From Clostridia bacterium (lineage in GTDB: Bacteria; Bacillota; Clostridia; Christensenellales; UBA1242), in the NCBI GenBank assembly GCA_045657465.1, contig JAZOTD010000036.1, positions 11,372-51,371 on the forward strand: a stretch of 40,000 nucleotides of DNA, given 5' to 3'. Positions 1-7,833 of this stretch are shown piece after piece. Within the stretch, counting starts at the first letter, position 1. Every line of letters begins with the position of its first letter. Made by a program: the position numbers and the translations under genes. The notes beneath the pieces are model-generated. The model was not told the origin of the DNA and ran no database searches. It was given only the letters and a program-made list of their open reading frames with translations.

Positions 1-480
1 CTCATATTTTTTGTTAAACACAACTAACAAAAATCGTCCAAAATCGAGTGGAAAAATTGGCAAAAAATTAAACAACAAAATCGACCAATTTGCAACCAAA
101 ATATCACTTAAAAAAATATAAGATTCTGGCTTAAACCAAAACATCAAATAACAAAAAATCACAACTAAAAAATTGAATATTGGACCCGCCAAAACAATCT
201 TTATTTCATCATCTAAAACAAAATCATCATCACCTTCGAGTGACGCTCCAAAAAAAGTTAAATGGATTTTCTTTGGCAAATAACCAAGTTTTTTAGAAAC
301 AACAAAATGACTCATCTCATGCAAAACAACAAAAATCACATGATAAAAATATAGCTTCATTTCATCAAGTAAAAATGCTAAACACAAAAGTAACAAAAAA
401 GAAAAATCAATTTTAAAAACTTTAAAAAAATCTGCAATTTTCTGCAATTTTTTGTCGTTTTTATTGAAATATTGCATCAT
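1..480 (-). CDS. M50-family site-2 metalloprotease, SpoIVFB-like (N-terminal ~160 aa; ORF runs off the left edge)
   Basis: Absent from the ORF track because it has no stop in the window. My minus-strand translation from ATG at 480 reads MMQYFNKNDKK...HVIFVVLHEMSHFVVSKKLGY...LTFFGASLEG...VLAGPIFNF...LLFNFLPIFPLDFGRFLL. HExxH sits in a hydrophobic helix and is followed by the NxxPxxPLDGG-type motif (here LDFG). Collinear with B. subtilis SpoIVFB as I recall it. Confidence 0.75.
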   Translation of the reverse strand, partial: MMQYFNKNDKKLQKIADFFKVFKIDFSFLLLLCLAFLLDEMKLYFYHVIFVVLHEMSHFVVSKKLGYLPKKIHLTFFGASLEGDDDFVLDDEIKIVLAGPIFNFLVVIFCYLMFWFKPESYIFLSDILVANWSILLFNFLPIFPLDFGRFLLVVFNKKYE

Positions 481-501
481 TACTTAAATTTTATGCATTA
501 T

Positions 502-744
502 TTATTTGATTTTATCACTTTTAAAAACAACATTTTCAGCAACACAATCAACCATAAAAACAATATTTAAACCCCACAACATCTTCACATTCAACTTCAA
601 ATTTTCAGGAACAATCTTTGTGTATTTTGAAAACACCTCAAACAAATCACTTTTCAAATTTCTTAACTTATCAAGCGTAAGCTCACTTGAACTTAATGCT
701 ATCTCTTGTGAAATTTGATTAATCAAACTTTTATCATTATTCAT
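502..744 (-). CDS. small hypothetical protein (80 aa)
   Basis: Track ORF is 502..801. The internal ATG at 744 is preceded by AGGGTGG about 8 nt upstream, while the ATG at 801 has no SD and would overlap the upstream gene by 65 nt. No recognisable family. Lies between the MinD-like and M50 genes on the same strand. Confidence 0.4.
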   Translation of the reverse strand: MNNDKSLINQISQEIALSSSELTLDKLRNLKSDLFEVFSKYTKIVPENLKLNVKMLWGLNIVFMVDCVAENVVFKSDKIK

Positions 745-1513
745 ATTTTTTAGCCACCCTTTTTCTAAAATATCCAATAATCCCACAGTATCTTTTTTCA
801 TAGTTGATTAAATATGGATTGTTAGTTATAAAAACATTACAAAACAATTTCATCATTTTCTTTTGTTTTTTAGTTATACTTTTAAAACTAAAACAATTAA
901 ATTTATAAAACTTTTCAAACACAAACAAAACATCAGTTTCAAACAAATTTTGAACATCAGAATCACTCACCCTTTCACCACTCAACTGCCCAACAATAAA
1001 AGCCTTGTTTATGACTATTTTTATATTTGTTATATTTTTGAAGTATCTAATTTTTTGAATAAATTTATATGAGTTCAAAACATCAATTTTCTCATCACCC
1101 ATAACAATTATTGTTTCATTTGAATATTTTAAAAATAAATTCAAATTTTCAAAATCATTGTTATTCACATCAATAAAAATAAAGTCAAAATTTTTTGAAA
1201 TATTATTTATAAATTCACAAAACACACTTTCGTGTCGTTTATAATCAAAATTAGTCTTGTTAGTTTTTAAATAAAGCAGATTATGTTTTGCATAATTTAA
1301 AACATCATACTCTCTAGCGTCTCCAGTTATATATTCTTTAAAATCAATTTCCTTTTTTACATCAAATCTCATCGCCAGGTCATTAATAGAAAAATAGCCA
1401 TCAATTAATAAAATTTTTTTATTTTGATTTCGCATTTGTTCTGCAAGTGTCAAAATAATAGATGTCTTACCAACACCACCACGACTTCCAACAAAACTAA
1501 TTATTCTGCACAT
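737..1513 (-). CDS. MinD/ParA-family P-loop ATPase, divergent
   Basis: N-terminus IISFVGSRGGVGKTSIILTLAEQM...KKILLIDGYFSINDL aligns with MinD GKGGVGKTT...vlDaDiGLRNLD. Walker B-like DFIFIDV. Basic amphipathic-looking C-terminus GIIGYFRKRVAKKYE. Confidence 0.8.
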   Translation of the reverse strand: MCRIISFVGSRGGVGKTSIILTLAEQMRNQNKKILLIDGYFSINDLAMRFDVKKEIDFKEYITGDAREYDVLNYAKHNLLYLKTNKTNFDYKRHESVFCEFINNISKNFDFIFIDVNNNDFENLNLFLKYSNETIIVMGDEKIDVLNSYKFIQKIRYFKNITNIKIVINKAFIVGQLSGERVSDSDVQNLFETDVLFVFEKFYKFNCFSFKSITKKQKKMMKLFCNVFITNNPYLINYEKRYCGIIGYFRKRVAKKYE

Positions 1514-1657
1514 ACTTAAATATTAATACTAAAACACTAATTTTTATATGCTAGATATGCTGATTAATGTAGTTTTTTAACCCAAAATAAACATTTTTCG
1601 GTTTTATGTTTGTATAATACAGAAAAAATATTATATAATTAGTTTAGGAGATTAATT

Positions 1658-2665
1658 ATGTCAACTTTTTATATTGGAATAAAAATGGGTTCAACAACAA
1701 CCTACATCTACAAAGCTGGAAACGGAATTGTTTTAAAAGAACCTTCTCTCATTGCCATGCCAACTAACATGAAAGTTAAAGATGTTAAAGCAATTGGCGA
1801 AGATGCAAAAAAACTCATTGGAAGACTTCCTAGCAATATCACAATATTCTCACCAATTTCTGGCGGAACAATTCAATATGAAGAACTAGCTGTTTTAATG
1901 CTCAAAGGATTCTTAAGAAAAATTTTTCCAAACAAAACTCTTGGCCAAAACATAAAAGCTATTGTCACCACCCCAGTTAGTTTGTCGCCACAAGAGAAAA
2001 AAGTTTTTGAAACCACTTGTTTTAAAGCTGGCATTGCTGACGTGTTTTTAATTCCTGATGTTTTATCATACGCCGTTGGAAATGGAATCGATATTCAAAA
2101 TGAAAATGCAAACTTAATTGTAAACATTGGCGGCGAAACAACAAATATTGCCGTTGTTTCAAATTATTCAATCATCAATGGTTTCACCCTTTCATTTGGA
2201 GGTTCAATCATTAGCGTTGCCATTGCAAAATATATCGAAGAAACTTACAATTTCTACATAAGCACTGAACAGGCAGAACAATTAAAAGTTGAAATCTGCT
2301 CTCTATTTGAAACATATTCTGTATCTTACGATATCACAGGGCTCAACAAAAAAACTCAAGCAAAAGAACAATTAACAATCAATGCAACCGAACTTTACCC
2401 TATTGTAAAACACTATTATTCGCTCATTGCTGAAGCAATCAATTCAGTGATTCAGTCAAGCGACCCAGAAGTTATTTCAGACATTTCCAAAAATGGAATC
2501 TATTTTTATGGTGGCGGTTCTTCAATAATTGGTCTTGAAAAATTCATGGCCGAACAAACCACATTTAAAATCAACCCACCAGACACAAGCAGGTCAAACA
2601 TTCTCGGAACCGGTGTTTTAATCAAATATCCACAACTCTTAAAAAAGATTTTAAAGAACACTTAA
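1658..2665 (+). CDS. mreB: MreB-like actin-fold protein (divergent)
   Basis: AGGAG 8 nt upstream of ATG. GIVLKEPSLIAM, AIGEDAKKLIGRLPSNI, NIGGETTNIAVV and FYGGGSSIIGLEKF are collinear with MreB GIVvrEPSVVA, vGndAKnMiGRTPgN, DIGGGTTEVA and LTGGGALLrnL. Confidence 0.8.
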   Translation: MSTFYIGIKMGSTTTYIYKAGNGIVLKEPSLIAMPTNMKVKDVKAIGEDAKKLIGRLPSNITIFSPISGGTIQYEELAVLMLKGFLRKIFPNKTLGQNIKAIVTTPVSLSPQEKKVFETTCFKAGIADVFLIPDVLSYAVGNGIDIQNENANLIVNIGGETTNIAVVSNYSIINGFTLSFGGSIISVAIAKYIEETYNFYISTEQAEQLKVEICSLFETYSVSYDITGLNKKTQAKEQLTINATELYPIVKHYYSLIAEAINSVIQSSDPEVISDISKNGIYFYGGGSSIIGLEKFMAEQTTFKINPPDTSRSNILGTGVLIKYPQLLKKILKNT

Positions 2666-2724
2666 TTATAATTAGTTTTTAATCAAATAGTTATGAGTCA
2701 ATATCCATTTAAAAATTTTGGGTA

Positions 2725-2753
2725 TTGACTTTTTTGTTAAATTTTGGTATAAT
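2725..2753 (+). promoter_or_regulatory. sigma-A type promoter for the 2834 gene
   Basis: TTGACT (2725-2730), 17-nt spacer, TGgTATAAT (extended -10; TATAAT at 2748-2753). About 80 nt upstream of the ATG. Confidence 0.55.
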
Positions 2754-2833
2754 AACAGCGCAATTAAGTCAAGTCCGCATAAACTATGAATTTTGCGGTA
2801 ATTTACTTTAATTCAAAGGGAGTATAAAACAAT

Positions 2834-3577
2834 ATGGAATCTAAAAAAAAGAAAAAGATTATCCTTATTGTTTCATTAGTATCAATTTTTTTAATTGTCG
2901 CTGTTTTAGGAACGTTTTTTACTATAAAAGCAATTAATAATAAAGACAACGACAGCAGCACCCCAGCAACGAATGTGAATAGTTCACTTGGGGTTGATGA
3001 GAGACTATTTGAAGCACATAAGGCTATTATGAACGAAGAAGTTTCTGCTGATTTCAACGGAAACTACAAATTTAAAACTGTTAGTTCAATTATCTTTAAT
3101 AAAGATTTAAACAAAGAACAAATTGAGAAAATCTGTGCATTGCAAGGAACCAACGACCCTAACGGTCTTCAAGGCAAAATTCTTGAAACAAAAAAAGCCG
3201 AAGCAACCCAAAACAATGAAGTTATTGTTTTAAAAGCAAAAGACGGCTACGGTTCTTACACAAGAAGTTACAATTCAAAAGATGTTATTGAATACGGAAG
3301 ATATTTTGGAAACAATGATCTTTCAGAAATAAGCATCTATGATTATGCAACAAAAGACTACTTCTCTTTATATGACATGTCACTTACAAGCATAAAAGAA
3401 GCCGACATCACTTCTTTAAACTCAAGTGCAAACACACATAAAGACAAGCTCTATTTATATAAAAAGGTTTACAGCAAAGAAAATCCAAATCTTATTTTAT
3501 TTACAATCACTTATGTATATGAGTTGATACCTGCTGAACCACCTATTTCAGATTCAGAATTAGATTTTGTTATTTAA
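2834..3577 (+). CDS. membrane-anchored secreted protein, unknown function
   Basis: AGGGAG RBS. N-terminus KKKKKIILIVSLVSIFLIVAVLGTFFTI is a signal anchor. The rest is hydrophilic and Asn/Lys/Ser-rich. No family recognised. Confidence 0.6.
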   Translation: MESKKKKKIILIVSLVSIFLIVAVLGTFFTIKAINNKDNDSSTPATNVNSSLGVDERLFEAHKAIMNEEVSADFNGNYKFKTVSSIIFNKDLNKEQIEKICALQGTNDPNGLQGKILETKKAEATQNNEVIVLKAKDGYGSYTRSYNSKDVIEYGRYFGNNDLSEISIYDYATKDYFSLYDMSLTSIKEADITSLNSSANTHKDKLYLYKKVYSKENPNLILFTITYVYELIPAEPPISDSELDFVI

Positions 3578-3599
3578 TTAAAGATAAAGGAGAATATTT

Positions 3600-4616
3600 A
3601 TGAAGAAGCTTATCAAAAATATTTCAAAAGCATTATGTTTATTATTTGTGTTTTCATTTTCAATAATTTCAATTGTTGGATGTGGAAACAAAGACAATTC
3701 AAACGATAAAAAAGCAAACAACACCGCGTCAACAACAATCGGTGGAGATATCAACAACTCAGCTGACAATGTAAACCAAGATGATATAACCGCTGAAGAA
3801 GTTGCTCTTAATGGCATTTACAAATATGCCCGCCCTGTTATCTATGCTGATACATATTGGACTGTTTCAAATGAAGAGATTTTCGATTATTTCGATACAA
3901 CAGACATCAATGGTGTCTACAATGCTCTTTTAAAATTGAACTTTTTAGATATTGTAAACTCAAATATCTATGAACTTGACGGCGACACAATTGAAACAAT
4001 GGTTTATTTCAACGAAGAAAAATTCATCTATATTGAATTTACTGGAACTTATTACAAGACCGGTGAAGAATATAACATCAATGAACTCACAAGCAAAATT
4101 GAAATAATTGATGAAGAAAATTTTATTGTTCACGCTCCATTTTCTTACGTAAATGATTCAAATGAAGTTGTTGAAACACCTATCATCGTAAAAATTCCAT
4201 ACGTAAAAGTTGCAGATTCAGAAAACACTTTAGTTGGAAATATTTATACCTATCAAACAGGTTCTGCAAATATTATTATTTCAAATCAATCAACAATTAC
4301 AAAAGAAGAAGCTTTCTTAAAGCTTGCAGAGCTTTTTGAAATCAACACAGATGCAGACATTTCTGCAGAAGTTGAAGACATGTTCGCAAACTTTGATATT
4401 CAAATCAATGAAGTTCTTTCAAATGTTACTTTCCTTTGCAAATATGATGACACATTTAGATTTTCAAGCATTTCAAACGCAACATCAACAATCGATGGAA
4501 TGACAATTTCACTCACAAGCAGAAGCATCAATGTTGCAACTGGCATTGAAACATTAAACCTTGAAATCATGCTTGATGAAAACACAACACTCACATTTTC
4601 TTATCAAGCAGCTTAA
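3600..4616 (+). CDS. putative lipoprotein, unknown function
   Basis: AAAGGAG RBS. Signal peptide ends in the lipobox-like SIVGC followed by GNKDNSND. No family recognised. Confidence 0.65.
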   Translation: MKKLIKNISKALCLLFVFSFSIISIVGCGNKDNSNDKKANNTASTTIGGDINNSADNVNQDDITAEEVALNGIYKYARPVIYADTYWTVSNEEIFDYFDTTDINGVYNALLKLNFLDIVNSNIYELDGDTIETMVYFNEEKFIYIEFTGTYYKTGEEYNINELTSKIEIIDEENFIVHAPFSYVNDSNEVVETPIIVKIPYVKVADSENTLVGNIYTYQTGSANIIISNQSTITKEEAFLKLAELFEINTDADISAEVEDMFANFDIQINEVLSNVTFLCKYDDTFRFSSISNATSTIDGMTISLTSRSINVATGIETLNLEIMLDENTTLTFSYQAA

Positions 4617-4635
4617 TTAAATAACTATTTTCAAT

Positions 4636-4671
4636 AAAAAGACATACAACAATTCGCTGTATGTCTTTTTC
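4636..4671 (+). terminator. rho-independent terminator after the lipoprotein gene
   Basis: AAAGACATACA (4638-4648) pairs with TGTATGTCTTT (4658-4668), followed by a T-run. Confidence 0.7.
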
Positions 4672-4743
4672 TATTTCATTTAGCACTTAAATTTTTCAAA
4701 ACTTACCTTTTTGACTTATCAGTTAATCACAATATTTAAACAT

Positions 4744-4776
4744 ACAAAAAAAGAACTGCAATTTGCAGTTCTTTTT
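4744..4776 (-). terminator. terminator after the ppx-like gene (bidirectional shape)
   Basis: AAGAACTGCA (4751-4760) pairs with TGCAGTTCTT (4764-4773). Flanked by an A-run on the left and a T-run on the right. Confidence 0.7.
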
Positions 4777-4779
4777 ATT

Positions 4780-6300
4780 TTATAAAATTTCAAGTTTCTT
4801 ATGGAATGTCTTTTCGAAATCTCTGCCAACATCCATACCCCTTTGAATTTCAAATGTTGCATCAGCAACAGTAACAGTTTTCATAATAACTGAATCACCC
4901 AAGATGTCACAGTTAATATCAACAATAACACTGTTTTTGGTTCTATCAAAACATTCAGCCAATCTCAAGATGACACCAAGTTTCTTTGTTGCATCAATGT
5001 CTTCAACTGTCAAAATACCATTATATTTTGCCCAGTCAGCCATTTTTATGTCACCACCTGAATGAAGCGATGCCACAAAACTTGCCAAAATCAATTCTCT
5101 GTGAGTCAACCCATAAATTTCACTGTTAAGAACAACTTCAAATGAGTGACTAGCGTGTTTGTTATAGCTAATTCTCTTACCTACATCGTGCATATAAGAT
5201 GCAACTCTGAGCACCTTTACATATCCACGTGGAAGTTTGTGAAGAACTCTAAGTTGTTTAAAGAGCAGCATTGACAAGTTGTAAACTTGTTCATTGTGTT
5301 TTGTTGAATTTGCTTCATATTCAGAAGTTTGAGCCATAACTGAGAAACCAACAATGTCTGAATTTGGTTTTTCAATAGTAGTTGGTGTAACTGAATTGAA
5401 AAGCAAACCTTCAACCAGTGATCTAGTTGTGATTGTGATTGTTTCTCTTTCAAATTCTTCTGAAATAGCTTTGATGATTTGCACTGCATATGCAAAGATA
5501 TCCGCTCTTGATTCATGCAAACCTTTAAGTCTCTTGTTTTCATTCAATTCAAGCGCTTTGAGTTGTTTTAAAATGTGATCGATATTTGCACTCTTCAAAA
5601 CATAACCATCATCTTTGTCAAGTGGATATTTTGTGTAAATTCTGTCCATACTTGAAAGATCTTCAAAATAAACACCATTGCCCACAAACACATATTCTTG
5701 GTCAATTGTTTTAAGCCAATCAAAGTCTGAAAGTTGTGATTTAACATACTTAACAACTTTTTCAAAGGCTTCCTCTTTTCCAAGTTTTGAAACAGGATAC
5801 ATGTCAACTAAAGTTTTTGGACCAACCGGAATAAACGCCTGGTTCAAAATATTTCTTCTGTTATAATGAATCAAGTGAATGTTATCAGTTCCAACATTTA
5901 CAATTAAACCTTTTGGAATATCATAACTATTCATTACACCAGTATAGATTGCAGCATTTTGTTCTTCAGGTGAAAGCACCGAAAATCTAAAGCCACAAGT
6001 CACAAACACTTCATCAAAGAAGCTGTAAATATTCATTGGTTTTGAATCTTTAATAAAACTTGCAATTGCGATGGTTTTTGTAACTTCAAACATATCACAA
6101 ATTTTTCTAAAATTCTTTAATGTGCTAATGATAGATGAGATTTGATTTTTCTTTAAGAAATGATCATCGTCCATTTCAAGACCAAACTTGATTGGCTCAA
6201 CCTCAACATCACAAATTGAAAAATAATTATCTTGAACAACATTCGCAATAACCAATTTTGCGGAATAAGTTTCAACAAGAACAACAGCAATTTTATCCAC
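4780..6300 (-). CDS. Ppx/GppA-family protein with C-terminal HD domain
   Basis: GTG start. 506 aa with the two-lobe ASKHA-like N-terminal half (LSPEEQNAAIYTGV, IVNVGTDNIHL). C-terminal region LRVASYMHDVGKRISYNKHASHSFEVV...SLHSGG is typical of the HD region of Ppx/GppA-HD proteins. Confidence 0.75.
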   Translation of the reverse strand: MDKIAVVLVETYSAKLVIANVVQDNYFSICDVEVEPIKFGLEMDDDHFLKKNQISSIISTLKNFRKICDMFEVTKTIAIASFIKDSKPMNIYSFFDEVFVTCGFRFSVLSPEEQNAAIYTGVMNSYDIPKGLIVNVGTDNIHLIHYNRRNILNQAFIPVGPKTLVDMYPVSKLGKEEAFEKVVKYVKSQLSDFDWLKTIDQEYVFVGNGVYFEDLSSMDRIYTKYPLDKDDGYVLKSANIDHILKQLKALELNENKRLKGLHESRADIFAYAVQIIKAISEEFERETITITTRSLVEGLLFNSVTPTTIEKPNSDIVGFSVMAQTSEYEANSTKHNEQVYNLSMLLFKQLRVLHKLPRGYVKVLRVASYMHDVGKRISYNKHASHSFEVVLNSEIYGLTHRELILASFVASLHSGGDIKMADWAKYNGILTVEDIDATKKLGVILRLAECFDRTKNSVIVDINCDILGDSVIMKTVTVADATFEIQRGMDVGRDFEKTFHKKLEIL

Positions 6301-6336
6301 TATTATCTACTCTCCTAACTTATTTTACATACTACG

Positions 6337-6371
6337 ATTATACCATAAAACAACTCGCTTGTATATGAATA
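6337..6371 (-). promoter_or_regulatory. candidate promoter of the ppx-like gene
   Basis: The minus strand reads TATACA, 17 nt, TGGTATAAT (extended -10; TATAAT is the complement of 6337-6342). About 35 nt upstream of the GTG. Confidence 0.4.
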
Positions 6372-6426
6372 TAAAGATTATTTCTAATTATCGTTGGGGT
6401 ATATCAAAAAGTTATAGCACCCATAC

Positions 6427-6461
6427 AAAATTTAAAATAGGTTGACATCAAATCAACCTAT
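6427..6461 (-). terminator. rho-independent terminator of the rnf-like operon
   Basis: TAGGTTGA (6438-6445) pairs with TCAACCTA (6453-6460). On the minus strand it is followed by TTTTAAATTTT. Confidence 0.75.
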
Positions 6462-6465
6462 TTTT

Positions 6466-7248
6466 TTATAGTCTTGAAATTACGTGAGTTGGACAAGCCG
6501 CAACACACTTTCCACACTTAATACATTTTTCTGCATCAATCTTTGGCATGCCACCAACCATAGTAATTGCACCTGATGGACAAGCCACAACACACGCTTC
6601 ACAATGTGTGCAAGCAACTTCGCAATTTCTTGTTACAACTGAATCATTTGATGAATTGCTGCAAACAACTTCAACAAATTTCTTTGCAGGAATCATTGAA
6701 ATTAGCTCATTTGGACAAGCCCCAACACATTCTCCACAACCAACGCATCTTTCTTTGTCAACAACTGCACAGCCCTTTTTAGATATGCTTATTGCCCCAT
6801 AAACACAGGCTTTAGCACAATCTCCACAACCAAGACATGCAAATTGACAATGTTTATCACCAGAATGTTCCAAGTTTTTGCTGGCACAGGTTTGATCACC
6901 AACATAATGATATTTAGTTCCGCAATCACAACCACCTTTACATCTAACAAATGCAACACTGTTAAATCTAACCTTGCGTTCTTTCTTTAGAACTTGTCTA
7001 GCTCTCAAATAGTTTTTTCCAACGAAATATGGACACATGCTCATAATTGTTTTGCCTTTTGTTAAATCATCAGCAAACTTTGCACAATTAGGTCTTCCAC
7101 ATTTTCCACAATCTAAATTAGGCAACAATTCACGAACAACTTCTGCCGTTTTGTCTAATTTTTTGTTCTTATTCGTAACAACAACCATAATCACTATTGC
7201 AAGCAACAAGAAAACAATTGAGCCTGAATAAACAATAATTTTTAACAT
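6466..7248 (-). CDS. rnfB: RnfB-like polyferredoxin subunit
   Basis: AAGGAG RBS. N-terminal TM helix, then LPNLDCGKCGRPNCAKFADDL...MCP, then several CxxCxxCxxxCP ferredoxin motifs (CVGCGECVGACP, CTHCEACVVACP, CIKCGKCVAACP). Confidence 0.85.
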   Translation of the reverse strand: MLKIIVYSGSIVFLLLAIVIMVVVTNKNKKLDKTAEVVRELLPNLDCGKCGRPNCAKFADDLTKGKTIMSMCPYFVGKNYLRARQVLKKERKVRFNSVAFVRCKGGCDCGTKYHYVGDQTCASKNLEHSGDKHCQFACLGCGDCAKACVYGAISISKKGCAVVDKERCVGCGECVGACPNELISMIPAKKFVEVVCSNSSNDSVVTRNCEVACTHCEACVVACPSGAITMVGGMPKIDAEKCIKCGKCVAACPTHVISRL

Positions 7249-7257
7249 AGCAACTCC

Positions 7258-7833
7258 TTAAAACATTAATCCTGCGTAATGTAATAAAATTGAAAATATA
7301 GCAAGCAAAAACAATCTAGATGGAACATTTCTAAACGCTGAGTTTATATATGATCTGTTCACTGATTCAGTAAAGAATCCAACAAGCACACTCACAACCA
7401 AAACAGAAACAACAATGGCAATAATTGACATTGCAAATTCTGCAATTGGCATGCTCATATCGATTGTAAAAATCACTGAAAACGTAAATGACGCATCCAT
7501 AACATATGAAAATGAACTTTCATATAAATAATGTTTGAATGTTGAGATTTTTGACCAAATATGATTAACCAAAAGATTATATGTGCCAACAAACACAACC
7601 GCAACGCTCGCACTTATATATTCTAAATTAAATGGTTTGTAAACATATGTGTTCAACACATATGTTGCAAAACAACATAGAATGATTCCCACAACTAAAA
7701 AGACTGATTCCAAAAGCCTAAATGACTTATACATTTTTTCTCTTTGGAACAAAACAGCACCGGTTCCGTTAGAAACAACAATATTGCTTTTCAAACCATA
7801 TAAAACCAAATACGATAATAAAATTTGCAACAT
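7258..7833 (-). CDS. rnfA: RnfA-like membrane subunit (divergent)
   Basis: 191 aa, about six hydrophobic helices. Sits between the rnfE-like and rnfB genes. ATG overlaps the upstream stop (TAATG). Weak collinearity with RsxA (NIVVSN.. versus NNFVLVKF..). Confidence 0.65.
   Translation of the reverse strand: MLQILLSYLVLYGLKSNIVVSNGTGAVLFQREKMYKSFRLLESVFLVVGIILCCFATYVLNTYVYKPFNLEYISASVAVVFVGTYNLLVNHIWSKISTFKHYLYESSFSYVMDASFTFSVIFTIDMSMPIAEFAMSIIAIVVSVLVVSVLVGFFTESVNRSYINSAFRNVPSRLFLLAIFSILLHYAGLMF

Noticed and set aside
745-801. Longer 99-aa version of the small ORF, overlapping the MinD-like gene by 65 nt.
   Set aside because: There is no SD at 801. The ATG at 744 has AGGGTGG upstream and gives a compact 8-nt overlap.
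2843-2857. A8 followed by A5 tract in codons 4-8 of the membrane-anchor gene. I considered slipped-strand phase variation.
   Set aside because: It encodes the Lys run of a signal-anchor n-region. Tracts of this length are commonplace in this AT-rich sequence and shorter than tracts normally associated with switching.
5217-5866. Several 62-108-aa ORFs in other frames or strands within the ppx-like gene.
   Set aside because: They are nested in a 506-aa family-assignable ORF. They have no RBS and a compositionally biased translation.
6548-6802. 84-aa and 71-aa plus-strand ORFs antisense to rnfB.
   Set aside because: They are the complement of the Cys/Gly/Ala-rich ferredoxin repeats. They have no start context, and rnfB on the other strand is strongly supported.
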